Source of the DNA: an uncultured Nitrososphaeraceae archaeon
GTDB lineage: Archaea; Thermoproteota; Nitrososphaeria; Nitrososphaerales; Nitrososphaeraceae
DNA length: 64,000 nt
Assembly (NCBI GenBank): GCA_963765895.1
Contig: CAVXZB010000064.1
Span: 64,001 to 128,000, forward strand
Direction of reading: 5' to 3'
Shown here piece by piece: positions 45,934 to 55,845 of this stretch (positions are counted from its first letter, which is position 1; every line of letters starts with the position of its first letter). Both the position numbers and the translations under genes were made by a program. The notes below the pieces were generated by a model, which was not told the origin of the DNA, made no database searches, and was given only the letters and a program-made list of their open reading frames with translations.

Positions 45934-47278
45934 ATGACAACAATGCTTGATACAATTTGTGAATTTGCAGTAAAGGAAGCCGAGAGAAATGGGGCAACAG
46001 AGGCAGAGGCGTATGCGATGACAAATCGTGAATCAGAGGTGGTGATTGAGAATAACGATGTCAAACAAGCCAAATCACACACCACGGGAGGCATTGGCAT
46101 AAGAATTTTTGTAAACCATCGTTTAGGTTTCTCGTATGCCAATACGCTTACGAAAGAGAGCATCCAACGTGGCGTCATTCGCGCGCTAAAGGTTGCCTCC
46201 GCAAGTCCAGAAGATAAATTCAACGTATTGCCCTTGACTCCTCATAAGAAAATACGTGGACCCAAACTCTTTGACGAAAACGCCGTATCATTTACTGTAA
46301 TGGACTGTACTGTAGCGGCCTCTGAGATGCTCAGAGCAGCCAAATCAATCGACGGCAGGGTAAGCGTGGATAGTGGAAACTTTACAAATTCCTTTATGAA
46401 TCATTCAATATACAATTCTAATGGCGTGTGCCATAATGAAATGATCACCTCATTTTTCTGGTCTATATTGGGCATGGCTGTAGATGGAAATGAAGTTTCT
46501 AGTTTTGATATTCAGTCCGATGGCTGTCATATGCTATCTGACGTCAAAGTATCTGCTTCTGGCGAGGCACTTGCTCAAAATACGCTAAAATCCCTAGGAG
46601 CAAAGAAGGTCGAAAGCTTCAGGGGAGAAATGATACTAAGTCCTAGTGCAGTATCAGAATTACTTCATGATACTATTACTCATTCCATTAATTCGGATTC
46701 AGTGCAAAAGAAGACGAGCGCGTTTCAAGGAAAAATTGGACAGAGTGTATCTACGCATCTCTTAACAATTGAAGATGATCCTACCGATGCAAAGAGTCTA
46801 GCAGCTGCTAGCTTTGATAGAGAAGGAGTTCCTCACGGTTTAACAAATATTATTGATCAGGGCATTTTGAAAACTTTCTTGTATAATACTTATACTGCAG
46901 GGAAGGACAAGGTAGATAGTACCTGGAAATGCTGCCGGAGGACCAAATACACCACCTGTAGTATCGTCAACAAATCTTGTAGTTAGCCCTGGTTCAAGTG
47001 ATTTGGACACTCTCATTTCCGAAGTCGACCGAGGTATTGTACTAAATAGATTTTCAGGAAATGTAAATCCGATTAACGGAGAATTTTCTGGTGTTGTAAA
47101 GGGTGGACACTATATAGTGAACGGTGAGATTAACTTTCCAGTGAGGGAGGTCATGATTGCCGGAAATGTGTTCGATGCATTAGCTAATCTTACAGGTGTA
47201 TCACGTGAACGCAAGTCATTTTCAGATTCGGTTCTGCCCCATATTCGAATAGAGAACATAGCATTCATCGGACAATAG
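45934..47278 (+). CDS. pmbA: PmbA/TldE protein; frameshift at about 46923
   Basis: FDREG, STGNA (after the shift) and NPINGEFS; adjacent to tldD. Confidence 0.9.
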
Positions 47279-47460
47279 TGAATGTAGTTGTATAGAAAAC
47301 CCTTACAATTTACAACCTGAATGTTGCCAATTCTAATTGTCAAATATAGCAAAGCCCGTAAGAGAAAGCATGAGTGTTCGAAAAGATTTGTTTAAACTAT
47401 GCTGACTTTAAATCAAGTAATTCAAAACGAAATATACGACTGTTTCGATATTGAGAATTG

Positions 47461-48660
47461 ATGGAGAAATATGACATCGCAGTAGTAGGAGGAGGACCTG
47501 CCGGTCTCTCGGCTGCATATTCAGCAGCTACCGGTGGCGCTCGAGTAGTTTTGTTTGAAAAAGATGCTTCTATTGCCCACAATATCAGAACAAGCGGTGT
47601 GACTTGGATAAGTAATATCGAAAGGCTAGGTATAACTAGTGACTACTATAATCCAATTAACAATTATTCGTTCACCTCTCCTTCCAATGAGGCTATAATA
47701 AAAAGCAGTCGCCCGGAATCATGTGTATTAGACGTTCGTAAAGTCTACCAACACCTTGCTTTCGAAGCGGCCAGAGCTGGCGCCAAGATCATGGTTCGGA
47801 GCCAGGTTTTTGACATTATTAAAGACAGAGACGATAAGATATCCGGCCTCAAAATAAGGACACCGGAAGGAATTCTTAGTGTAGAAGCCAGCCTGATTAT
47901 TGATGCAAGCGGTTTTAGTAGCGTGGTGGCTAAGCGTCTGGGAGTCGTGAACAGCTGGAATACCTATGGCGTAGGTGCGGAGTATGAGTGCTATTGTGAC
48001 AAAGTTGACGTAGAAACCTGGCACTTGATGGTTGGAAGCACATACTCCAATGCAGGTTATGCTTGGGTTTTTCCAGTTTCGAAAAATCGAATTAGAATAG
48101 GCGTAGGAATCGGCAAGCCATATTCTAATGAAGATCCGACGGCAAAATTACACTCGATTATGGAAAAAAGACCTAAACCATTAGATAGGATGGGACGTAT
48201 CCAGCCAGTAGAATATCATTTTGGATTTATACCCAATGAAGGTATCAGACGACCAACTGTTTATGATCACCTACTCCTCGTCGGAGACTCTGCTGGCCAG
48301 TCAAATCCTTTAGTCCTCGAAGGAATCAGATATGCCATAGAATTCGGTCGGTTAGCAGGTGTTGTGGGTGCTAGGGCCATACCCAACGGAGCCAACAAGG
48401 AATCCTTGAGAGATTACGAGATCGATTGGCGGAACAGAGTTGGATCGAAAATCAATTCAGCATTGAAAGTTCAATCCCGCTGGATGGGTTTATCAGACGA
48501 TGAATGGGATAAAGAAATCGAGATTTTAAGCGATTTATCAGCTGAGGAATTTTTGGATTTTATAAGGGCAGATTTCACTACGAAAACAGTGTTTAGATTG
48601 GCAATAAGCCATCCAAAGTTGGCCGCAAGAAATCTTTTCAATATGGTACTAAAACGCTAA
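47461..48660 (+). CDS. Geranylgeranyl reductase family flavoprotein
   Basis: VVGGGPAG, IDASG, GYAWVFP and VGDSAGQSNPLVLEGI. Confidence 0.85.
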   Translation: MEKYDIAVVGGGPAGLSAAYSAATGGARVVLFEKDASIAHNIRTSGVTWISNIERLGITSDYYNPINNYSFTSPSNEAIIKSSRPESCVLDVRKVYQHLAFEAARAGAKIMVRSQVFDIIKDRDDKISGLKIRTPEGILSVEASLIIDASGFSSVVAKRLGVVNSWNTYGVGAEYECYCDKVDVETWHLMVGSTYSNAGYAWVFPVSKNRIRIGVGIGKPYSNEDPTAKLHSIMEKRPKPLDRMGRIQPVEYHFGFIPNEGIRRPTVYDHLLLVGDSAGQSNPLVLEGIRYAIEFGRLAGVVGARAIPNGANKESLRDYEIDWRNRVGSKINSALKVQSRWMGLSDDEWDKEIEILSDLSAEEFLDFIRADFTTKTVFRLAISHPKLAARNLFNMVLKR

Positions 48661-48669
48661 AGCAAGATT

Positions 48670-48676
48670 TTTATAT
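48670..48676 (+). promoter_or_regulatory. TATA box of the nuo operon
   Basis: TTTATAT about 25 bp upstream of the nuoA TTG start. Confidence 0.55.
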
Positions 48677-48700
48677 CAATCTAAATCAGCATCTGATAAC

Positions 48701-49075
48701 TTGGTTGGGGAATCGAGTACCGACTTTGCGCCTATACTATATATGTTGGGTTTTGGTTTGGTAGCCTCAGTCCCTGCTCTAATTATTTCAAAATTAATTT
48801 CTCCCAGGCGAAGATACAACCCGGTCAAATTCCTTCCGATGGAGTGTGGTCAGGTCCCAAGCGGAGAAGGCCGCACACATTTCATGATGCAGTACTATGC
48901 ATACATTTTGATGTTTGTAGTATTCGATGTTATGGCGATCTTCTTGTATATCTGGGGGGTTTCATTATTTTCCATACCCAGAGCGGCAACGCTGCCAATG
49001 ATGGCCTTTCTGGGTATAATGTTTTCAGCAATGGGCTATGCATTATATCTATCGGGGAAGAAGGGAATTTGGTAG
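48701..49075 (+). CDS. nuoA: Complex I subunit A
   Basis: PMECG and YYAYILMFVVFDV. Confidence 0.95.
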   Translation: MVGESSTDFAPILYMLGFGLVASVPALIISKLISPRRRYNPVKFLPMECGQVPSGEGRTHFMMQYYAYILMFVVFDVMAIFLYIWGVSLFSIPRAATLPMMAFLGIMFSAMGYALYLSGKKGIW

Positions 49076-49127
49076 ATTATAAATGCCTGATAAACATTAA
49101 ATATCTTGATAGTAGACGATTAGGTGA

Positions 49128-49649
49128 GTGGCCATGTTAAAGGACTTGATTAATCCTACTAACTTTAATGTATTAGTAGGTAAGCTGGGTGACGTATTGG
49201 TAAAAGCACTTGATCAGCCACTTGGCTACGCCATTAATTGGGGTAGAATTTGGTCTCTGTGGCCTGTTCATCTAGAAACCGCCTGTTGTAGTGTAGAATT
49301 TGGCGCTGCTTCTGGACCAAGATACGATGTCGAAAGGTTTGGCATTATAGAAGCTTTTGGCTCTTTACGACAATGTGATTTGGTTGTCGTTCAGGGAACT
49401 GTTACTAGAAAAATGGCACCAAGACTTAGAATGGTTTATGATCAGATGCCTGACCCCAAATACGTGATCGCTATGGGCGCCTGTGCAATTACTGGGGGTT
49501 TGTATATTGATTCATACAATGTTCTTCCTGGAGTTGATGGAATCATCCCAGTAGATGTATATGTTCCTGGCTGTCCTCCTAGACCCGAAACATTGATTCA
49601 AGGCACGATGCTGCTACAGGAAAAAATAAAAAGGTCGAAGATAGGATAA
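49128..49649 (+). CDS. nuoB: Complex I subunit B
   Basis: ACCSVE, MGACA and PGCPPRPE. Confidence 0.97.
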   Translation: MAMLKDLINPTNFNVLVGKLGDVLVKALDQPLGYAINWGRIWSLWPVHLETACCSVEFGAASGPRYDVERFGIIEAFGSLRQCDLVVVQGTVTRKMAPRLRMVYDQMPDPKYVIAMGACAITGGLYIDSYNVLPGVDGIIPVDVYVPGCPPRPETLIQGTMLLQEKIKRSKIG

Positions 49650-49650
49650 C

Positions 49651-50220
49651 ATGAGCAATAAAGGGAATCATAGCGTAAATGATCCTAAAGCAAATTCTTC
49701 CACAAAAATTGAACCTTCTAGTGCTCAGACTGGAATAAAACAGGAGGAAGCTCTGGTCCTTGAAAAGTCAATCGTAAACAAGTTAGTATCAAAGTTTGGG
49801 GACAAGATAAAAATCGCCTACACCAAGCCGCTCAGGATAAAAGTTGAGGTTGATAGGTCCGATGTAATTGAAGTTGCTTCATTTATCAAAGAAACTTTGC
49901 TTTTCGACCATGCCGAGTCTGTAGCGGGTACGGATTATCCTAAAGGCAATTACATAGAGGTTGTGTATCATTTAGGCTCATATACCAGAGACGAATTGGC
50001 CGCGCACGTGCTAGCTCTGGCAACTCGTACAAGCAGGGAAGATTCATCTCTTCCCTCATTGATAAATATTTACAAAAGTGTTGAATACCACGAGCGCGAA
50101 ACATTCGAAATGCTTGGAGTCTATTTTGAAGGGCATCCTAGAAATGATCGCTTCCTCCTGCCGGAGGACTGGGCAGACATTCCCCCTATGAGAAAGGAGT
50201 TCAGGATAAAAGGAAGGTGA
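49651..50220 (+). CDS. nuoC: Complex I subunit C
   Basis: ERETFEMLGVYFEGHP and PMRKEF. Confidence 0.95.
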   Translation: MSNKGNHSVNDPKANSSTKIEPSSAQTGIKQEEALVLEKSIVNKLVSKFGDKIKIAYTKPLRIKVEVDRSDVIEVASFIKETLLFDHAESVAGTDYPKGNYIEVVYHLGSYTRDELAAHVLALATRTSREDSSLPSLINIYKSVEYHERETFEMLGVYFEGHPRNDRFLLPEDWADIPPMRKEFRIKGR

Positions 50221-50221
50221 A

Positions 50222-51394
50222 GTGATGTCTACTGAATTTAGTAACGAAACATTGGAAAAGGATTCGAGTAATACTGGTCTTCAGATAATAAAAGAATCTG
50301 AAGAAGACCGTCTAATGACATTAAGCGTAGGCCCACAACATCCAGGTTCAGGACACTTTAGATTTACGGTTAAGGTTGATGGTGATTACATAGTTCATTG
50401 CGATCCAGACCCTGGATATGTACATCGAGGAGAAGAAAAGATGTGTGAATACCGCAACTTTATTCAGAATATTCCTCACCTCGAACGACCGGTTATACAC
50501 GATTCTAACAACATAACTTATTCATATAGTCTGGCTGTTGAGGAGTTAACAAAGATCCAGGTTCCTAGAAGGGGCCAATTTATCAGAGCTATAGCTTCAG
50601 AACTGAATCGCCAAGTATATACATTGTATTGGCTGGCAATATACGGTATTTTCTTGGGTCATTCGACAATGTTCATGTGGCCCACCGGTGATCGAGAGCT
50701 CTTTATTGATCTATTGGAGATGTTAACTGGTGCCCGAGTTACTCATGCGTTTAACATCCCTGGCGGAGTAAGAAATGACATGCCAGTTGGTTTTCCAGAA
50801 AAATGTCTCAGAAATATCTCTTACTTTGAAAAAAGATTGGTAGAGTACGAGAATATCTTTTATAATAACCCTTTGATGAGACAGAGAACCGAAAGTGTAG
50901 GATTACTCACAAAGGAAGACGCGATAAAATTGGGTGTTACTGGTTCTGTGCTAAGAGCGTCGAACACTCCTTATGATATTCGGAAGGCAGAACCATATGA
51001 TGTTTATAATGAAATTGACTTTAAAGTCCAATATATGAAAAGCTCTGATTGCTTTGCCAGAGCATACGTCCCGCTCTTGGATATGAGGGAGTCGTGTTAT
51101 ATCATGAGACAATTATTGGATAAGATCCCACAATCCGGCGAAGTTCGGGCAAAGCTGCAACCTAATCCAAAGGGTCCTGCTGGTGAAGCTTATAGGAGGG
51201 TAGAGTCTGGTAGAGGTGCATTGGGATATTACATTATCAGCGATGGTACTCCAAAACCGTACCGGGTGAAGATTTCGGTAGGCTCGTTTCGTAATATGCT
51301 GGCACTGCCGCATTTGCTTGTGGGAGCAAAATTAGCCGATATGCCTTCTATCTATTGGGCACTAAATTACTGGCCTGTGGAGGCTGACAGATAG
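50222..51394 (+). CDS. nuoD: Complex I subunit D
   Basis: GPQHP, GYVHRGEEK, ESGRG and C-terminal EADR. Confidence 0.97.
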   Translation: MMSTEFSNETLEKDSSNTGLQIIKESEEDRLMTLSVGPQHPGSGHFRFTVKVDGDYIVHCDPDPGYVHRGEEKMCEYRNFIQNIPHLERPVIHDSNNITYSYSLAVEELTKIQVPRRGQFIRAIASELNRQVYTLYWLAIYGIFLGHSTMFMWPTGDRELFIDLLEMLTGARVTHAFNIPGGVRNDMPVGFPEKCLRNISYFEKRLVEYENIFYNNPLMRQRTESVGLLTKEDAIKLGVTGSVLRASNTPYDIRKAEPYDVYNEIDFKVQYMKSSDCFARAYVPLLDMRESCYIMRQLLDKIPQSGEVRAKLQPNPKGPAGEAYRRVESGRGALGYYIISDGTPKPYRVKISVGSFRNMLALPHLLVGAKLADMPSIYWALNYWPVEADR

Positions 51395-51399
51395 TAGCC

Positions 51400-52704
51400 A
51401 TGGCATCAAGAGGGTCAAGAATTGTTGAATTTCGGTTTGGAAATTTTGTCGCTAGTCTAATTTGGTTAATACTAATTGTCCTCGTTATAGTAGCACTTGC
51501 CGCACTTCCGCTTATTTTTATCGTATTATTTTATGCTCCTCTTCCACCAATCAATGGCCAAGTCCTAACCCCATATCTCTTCTTGTCCATGATGGTGGAT
51601 CCGACAAGAACTCTGCCGGTTCTAAAGTTCATAATGCATACAGAGTTATTTAGAGTAGCAGTATTTCCAGGGTTCAGCTTTGCAGCAATATTTGCAGCTG
51701 TTACCATATTTGTAGAACGAAAGTTTCTGGCCAAGATGCAGCTGCGAGTAGGGCCCTTATACGCAGGCAAGATAGAGGGAATCCTACAATTAATTGCGGA
51801 TGGTTTAAAGTTGATTTCCAAGGAAATAATAATTCCCTCCGGCGCCGACAAGCCGATCTTTTGGGCCGCACCCATTGCCTTTGTTGCCGCTTCTGCGGCT
51901 GTAACCTCATTAATACCTGTAGCGCCAGGCTGGGTCGTTTCGAACACAGACGTGGGCCTTTTGGCCGCATTTGCCATTCTAGGTTTCTTCCCATTGATTG
52001 CTCTGCTCTTCTCTTGGGCTAGTAACAGCAAGTACCCATTCATCGGCGGCTTGCGTGCGCTTCATCAGATGATAGCTTTTGAAATACCTTTCATACTGTC
52101 TGCATTGTCTGTTGTTATCCTCGCGGGTTCTCTGAATTTAACGAATATTGCAGCTGCTCAGACGCCATATTGGTATATCTTCTTTTTGCCAATAAGCGCT
52201 TTTGTATTCTACATCTCTTCTCTTGCGGAGTTGGAAAGAATTCCTTTCGACCTGCCTGAAGCAGAAAGTGAAATAGTAGCAGGCTGGCTGACTGAAACAT
52301 CAGGGATGATATATGGTCTACTTCAACTGGGAACTTATATCAAATTGTATGCCTTGGCTGCCCTTTTTGTCACTCTATTTCTTGGAGGTTGGGCTGGTCC
52401 ACAGATCTTTCCTCAAGTGCTTGGTCCTCCAGGTCCACAAAGCCCATTGATCCAATTACTTACACTTAGACCTATATACAATCCCGTCATTGTTAATGAT
52501 GTCTTTTGGTTCTCGATCAAGACATTTGGAATTATAATGCTCATGTTGTTACCAAGAGGAATAAATCCGAGAATCAGGATTGACATACTGTTACATACAG
52601 GCTGGTACAAGCTGATTGTGTTGTCATTCATAAATATGTTTATAGCCCTCGCTTTAGTTTATGGAGGAGTGTTTGGTCCAGGGGGAGTGTTGACACCACA
52701 TTGA
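51400..52704 (+). CDS. nuoH: Complex I subunit H
   Basis: ERKFLAKMQLRVGP, DGLKLISKE, PFDLPEAESE and PRIRID. Confidence 0.97.
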   Translation: MASRGSRIVEFRFGNFVASLIWLILIVLVIVALAALPLIFIVLFYAPLPPINGQVLTPYLFLSMMVDPTRTLPVLKFIMHTELFRVAVFPGFSFAAIFAAVTIFVERKFLAKMQLRVGPLYAGKIEGILQLIADGLKLISKEIIIPSGADKPIFWAAPIAFVAASAAVTSLIPVAPGWVVSNTDVGLLAAFAILGFFPLIALLFSWASNSKYPFIGGLRALHQMIAFEIPFILSALSVVILAGSLNLTNIAAAQTPYWYIFFLPISAFVFYISSLAELERIPFDLPEAESEIVAGWLTETSGMIYGLLQLGTYIKLYALAALFVTLFLGGWAGPQIFPQVLGPPGPQSPLIQLLTLRPIYNPVIVNDVFWFSIKTFGIIMLMLLPRGINPRIRIDILLHTGWYKLIVLSFINMFIALALVYGGVFGPGGVLTPH

Positions 52705-53198
52705 CAGCCGCTGGTGCTTTTATTAAGGCAATAGAATCTGGCTCAAAACATCTTATAATAAAGAGATTTACATTGCGCTATCCTGAAAAGAAGCTCAAAT
52801 TCGTAGGTGATGGCTATCAGTTTGATCCCAAACGTGGCGTTGGTATAGCCGGATACCGCGGGAGACATATTCTGTTCCACGACAAGTGTACTGGTTGTCA
52901 ATTATGTGCAATAGCGTGCGAGGGCATAGCGGAAGCGATAGGGATGGTTAAAGTAGATGAAAAATGGAAACACAACAAGAAATCTATCATGCCTCAAATA
53001 GACTTTGGCAAGTGTGTCTTCTGCGGTCTATGCGTTGACGCTTGTCCGTTCTACGCACTGTACATGACTGATGATTATGAATTATCAGCCTTTACAAAAG
53101 AACACCTAATTTATACTCCTGCGCAACTTGCGGTTAAACCAAAGTATGATGGTAGCGTCGAGCTAAAGATCGATGATAGAGGGGCGACGCATGGCTGA
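52701..53198 (+). CDS. nuoI: Complex I subunit I
   Basis: Two CxxCxxCxxxC ferredoxin motifs. Confidence 0.97.
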   Translation: MTAAGAFIKAIESGSKHLIIKRFTLRYPEKKLKFVGDGYQFDPKRGVGIAGYRGRHILFHDKCTGCQLCAIACEGIAEAIGMVKVDEKWKHNKKSIMPQIDFGKCVFCGLCVDACPFYALYMTDDYELSAFTKEHLIYTPAQLAVKPKYDGSVELKIDDRGATHG

Positions 53199-53715
53199 TC
53201 CGATATTTATTGCAACTGCCGTCCTAACAATCGGTGCAGCAATTGTTGCCTTGGAATCAAGAGAATTAATCTATGGAGGTATAGCTTTAGCCATCTCGAT
53301 GCTGGGTGTAGCAGGATTCTTTTTGCTCTTGGATTCTCCTTTTGTAGCAATGTTTCAGATCACAGTTTATGTCGGGGCAGTCGCTGTACTTGTAATTTTC
53401 ACTGTAATGCTCGTACGAACTCAAGAATTGTTCTCTAAAAGAGAAGACAGAGGCCGAAAAGGTGCTGGAATAGTTCTCTTGATAATATTGATGGCTAGCT
53501 TGGGAGCAATATTCATCTTTTCTGGAATCAATAACCCTAACGTGATGAAAATTCAGGGGTCGGGAATTAACTTCACCGCTATAGGGAAACAGATGCTCAC
53601 ATATTATTCTCCTGCACTCATAGTACTGGGATTGGTACTAGCAGCTGCAATAATAGGAGCATTGACATTGGCTCGCAGGGAGGACCTAGAACAACGACAT
53701 GAACGAACTGATTGA
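53191..53715 (+). CDS. nuoJ: Complex I subunit J
   Basis: QITVYVGAVAVL; operon position. Confidence 0.95.
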   Translation: MADPIFIATAVLTIGAAIVALESRELIYGGIALAISMLGVAGFFLLLDSPFVAMFQITVYVGAVAVLVIFTVMLVRTQELFSKREDRGRKGAGIVLLIILMASLGAIFIFSGINNPNVMKIQGSGINFTAIGKQMLTYYSPALIVLGLVLAAAIIGALTLARREDLEQRHERTD

Positions 53716-54001
53716 TTACATTATCGCAAGTACTATCCTGGTTGCTATCGGGATATATGGATTAGTGGTAAAGAGAAATGCAATACGTATGATATTTGCC
53801 ATCGAAATAATTGCAAACGCGGCAAATATAAACCTGGTCGCTTTTTCAAGAAGCGTTAATAATGCGCAGGGACAACTTTTTGCGTTATTCTCAATCGCAA
53901 TTGCGGCAGCTGAAGTGGCAGTTGGCCTTGGTATTATTATTATTGCCTACAGGCTGTACAAGGAGATCGACGTTGAGGAATTTAGGAGTATGAAGGGCTA
54001 G
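53699..54001 (+). CDS. nuoK: Complex I subunit K
   Basis: IEIIAN and AAAEVAVGL. Confidence 0.95.
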   Translation: MNELIDYIIASTILVAIGIYGLVVKRNAIRMIFAIEIIANAANINLVAFSRSVNNAQGQLFALFSIAIAAAEVAVGLGIIIIAYRLYKEIDVEEFRSMKG

Positions 54002-55810
54002 TTGGCACAACTATTTTTCTTGATGGTTGCCACTTTTTTACCTTTGATTCTGTCACCGGTATCATACTACTTTGGTAGAAAGTATGGAATGAATATAACA
54101 GCGTGGTTTTCATTCGCCGTGATAGCAATATCAACGATCATGTTATCTATTCCAGCCATGATGCTAAACGGAGGTAAGTCTGTATACGCTGAAAGTTATA
54201 CATGGAGCCAGTTTGGAAATTTTGGCTTGAGATTGGATGGACTCAGTCTGCCATTTGCTATAACCATATACATTTTATGCACAGTTCTTGCTCTTTACTC
54301 TAAACCATACATGGCACATCGAATCGAGGAGGAAGCTAATGAACGATTCAACACACCTGGTAAATTTGGCAATTCCCACTCCGAAACTAGAGAAAAAACA
54401 AGTCAAACGGGAAGTGGTCAATCGGGGCGACTGAATATTGAAACAGTCGAACAGAGAACAATTCTAGCTCAAAGAGAACACTATGTAAATTCCCAGACTG
54501 GTCTATATTTTGCACTCTATCTGATGTTTTCAATGGGGATGTTGGGAACAATTTTAGCCACTAATCTGATAGAATTTTATGTCTTCTTCGAACTTATGCT
54601 TGTCCCATCGTTTTTTCTGGTCGCGTTTTATGGCTACGGAGCAAGACGTAGAATTGCTCTCATGTTCTTTTTCTGGACTCATACTGGAGCAGTCGTTTTG
54701 TTGCTAGGCTTGCTAGCTATGGGATTTTTTGCAGGAGGCTTTGATTATTCTATTGTAAAGGCAAATGCATCACGCATCCCAGTTCAGTGGATAACAATAA
54801 TCATATTTGCGATCGTAATAGGCCTGGGTGTTAAGTTGGCTGCATTCGGGCTTCATATATGGCTGCCATACGCACATGCAGAAGCGCCAACTCCAATCTC
54901 GGCTCTGTTGTCTCCTGCGATGATTGGGATTGGTGCCTACGGCTTACTTCGTCTTTGGATGGACCTTTTGACTGGAAATTATGCTCAGTATAGCATCTAC
55001 ATCAACATTTGGGGACTAGCTACAATGATTTATGGGGGCGCCATGGCTCTTATGCAGGATGATATCAAAAAGGTACTTGCTTATTCTAGCATTAGCCAGA
55101 TGGGTTATATCCTATTTGGACTAGGATCAGAAAGTATCTTGGGTATTACGGGAGCTACCCTGATGTATGTCACACATGGTTTGGGAAAAGGAATCTTGTT
55201 TATGATGGCTGGATCGATTATCCTCCAGACAGGAACAAGAAGTATGTCCAAGTTAGGAGGACTGGCTGGAAAGATGCCTTACACCGCAGTAATAGCGATG
55301 ATCGGTGGACTGACGATCATTGGCATTCCACCGACGAGCGGCTTTATGTCAGAGTGGATTCTATTTAATGGGGTTCTTCAGACAGGTGTGCATGATATGA
55401 ACTCGTTCAGAGTAGTCCTTTTTGGATTTGGTATATTGACAACAGTACTTTCTACTGCTTATATTCTGTGGATGTACAAGCGTATATTTTTTGGAAAACT
55501 TCCAGAATACTTGCAACAAGTGAAGGAATCAAACAGGTATGTTACCGTTACAATGGCAGTTTTGGCTGCAATAACTCTTATTATCGGTGTATATCCTAAC
55601 CCATTTGTCACACCAATCTCAAGCTATATTCAGGCCATGTTTGCAAATACGCCCCAAGTCCTGCCGCTACCAGGTCATAGTCATCAATTACCAATACCAA
55701 TTAATAGGAATGTTAATCCCATATCCGACAGTCACTTGCCTCACAACGTCTATACTGAACATGCTGCAGACTTGCTTTTCAGTATACATAGATCTGGAGT
55801 CCAGAACTAA
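54002..55810 (+). CDS. nuoM: Complex I subunit M
   Basis: LDGLS, FYVFFELMLVP, HIWLPYAHAEAPT and AYSSISQMG. Confidence 0.93.
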   Translation: MAQLFFLMVATFLPLILSPVSYYFGRKYGMNITAWFSFAVIAISTIMLSIPAMMLNGGKSVYAESYTWSQFGNFGLRLDGLSLPFAITIYILCTVLALYSKPYMAHRIEEEANERFNTPGKFGNSHSETREKTSQTGSGQSGRLNIETVEQRTILAQREHYVNSQTGLYFALYLMFSMGMLGTILATNLIEFYVFFELMLVPSFFLVAFYGYGARRRIALMFFFWTHTGAVVLLLGLLAMGFFAGGFDYSIVKANASRIPVQWITIIIFAIVIGLGVKLAAFGLHIWLPYAHAEAPTPISALLSPAMIGIGAYGLLRLWMDLLTGNYAQYSIYINIWGLATMIYGGAMALMQDDIKKVLAYSSISQMGYILFGLGSESILGITGATLMYVTHGLGKGILFMMAGSIILQTGTRSMSKLGGLAGKMPYTAVIAMIGGLTIIGIPPTSGFMSEWILFNGVLQTGVHDMNSFRVVLFGFGILTTVLSTAYILWMYKRIFFGKLPEYLQQVKESNRYVTVTMAVLAAITLIIGVYPNPFVTPISSYIQAMFANTPQVLPLPGHSHQLPIPINRNVNPISDSHLPHNVYTEHAADLLFSIHRSGVQN

Positions 55811-55845
55811 AATATGACAGGTTTGGGAGATCGGTTAGAGTAGCA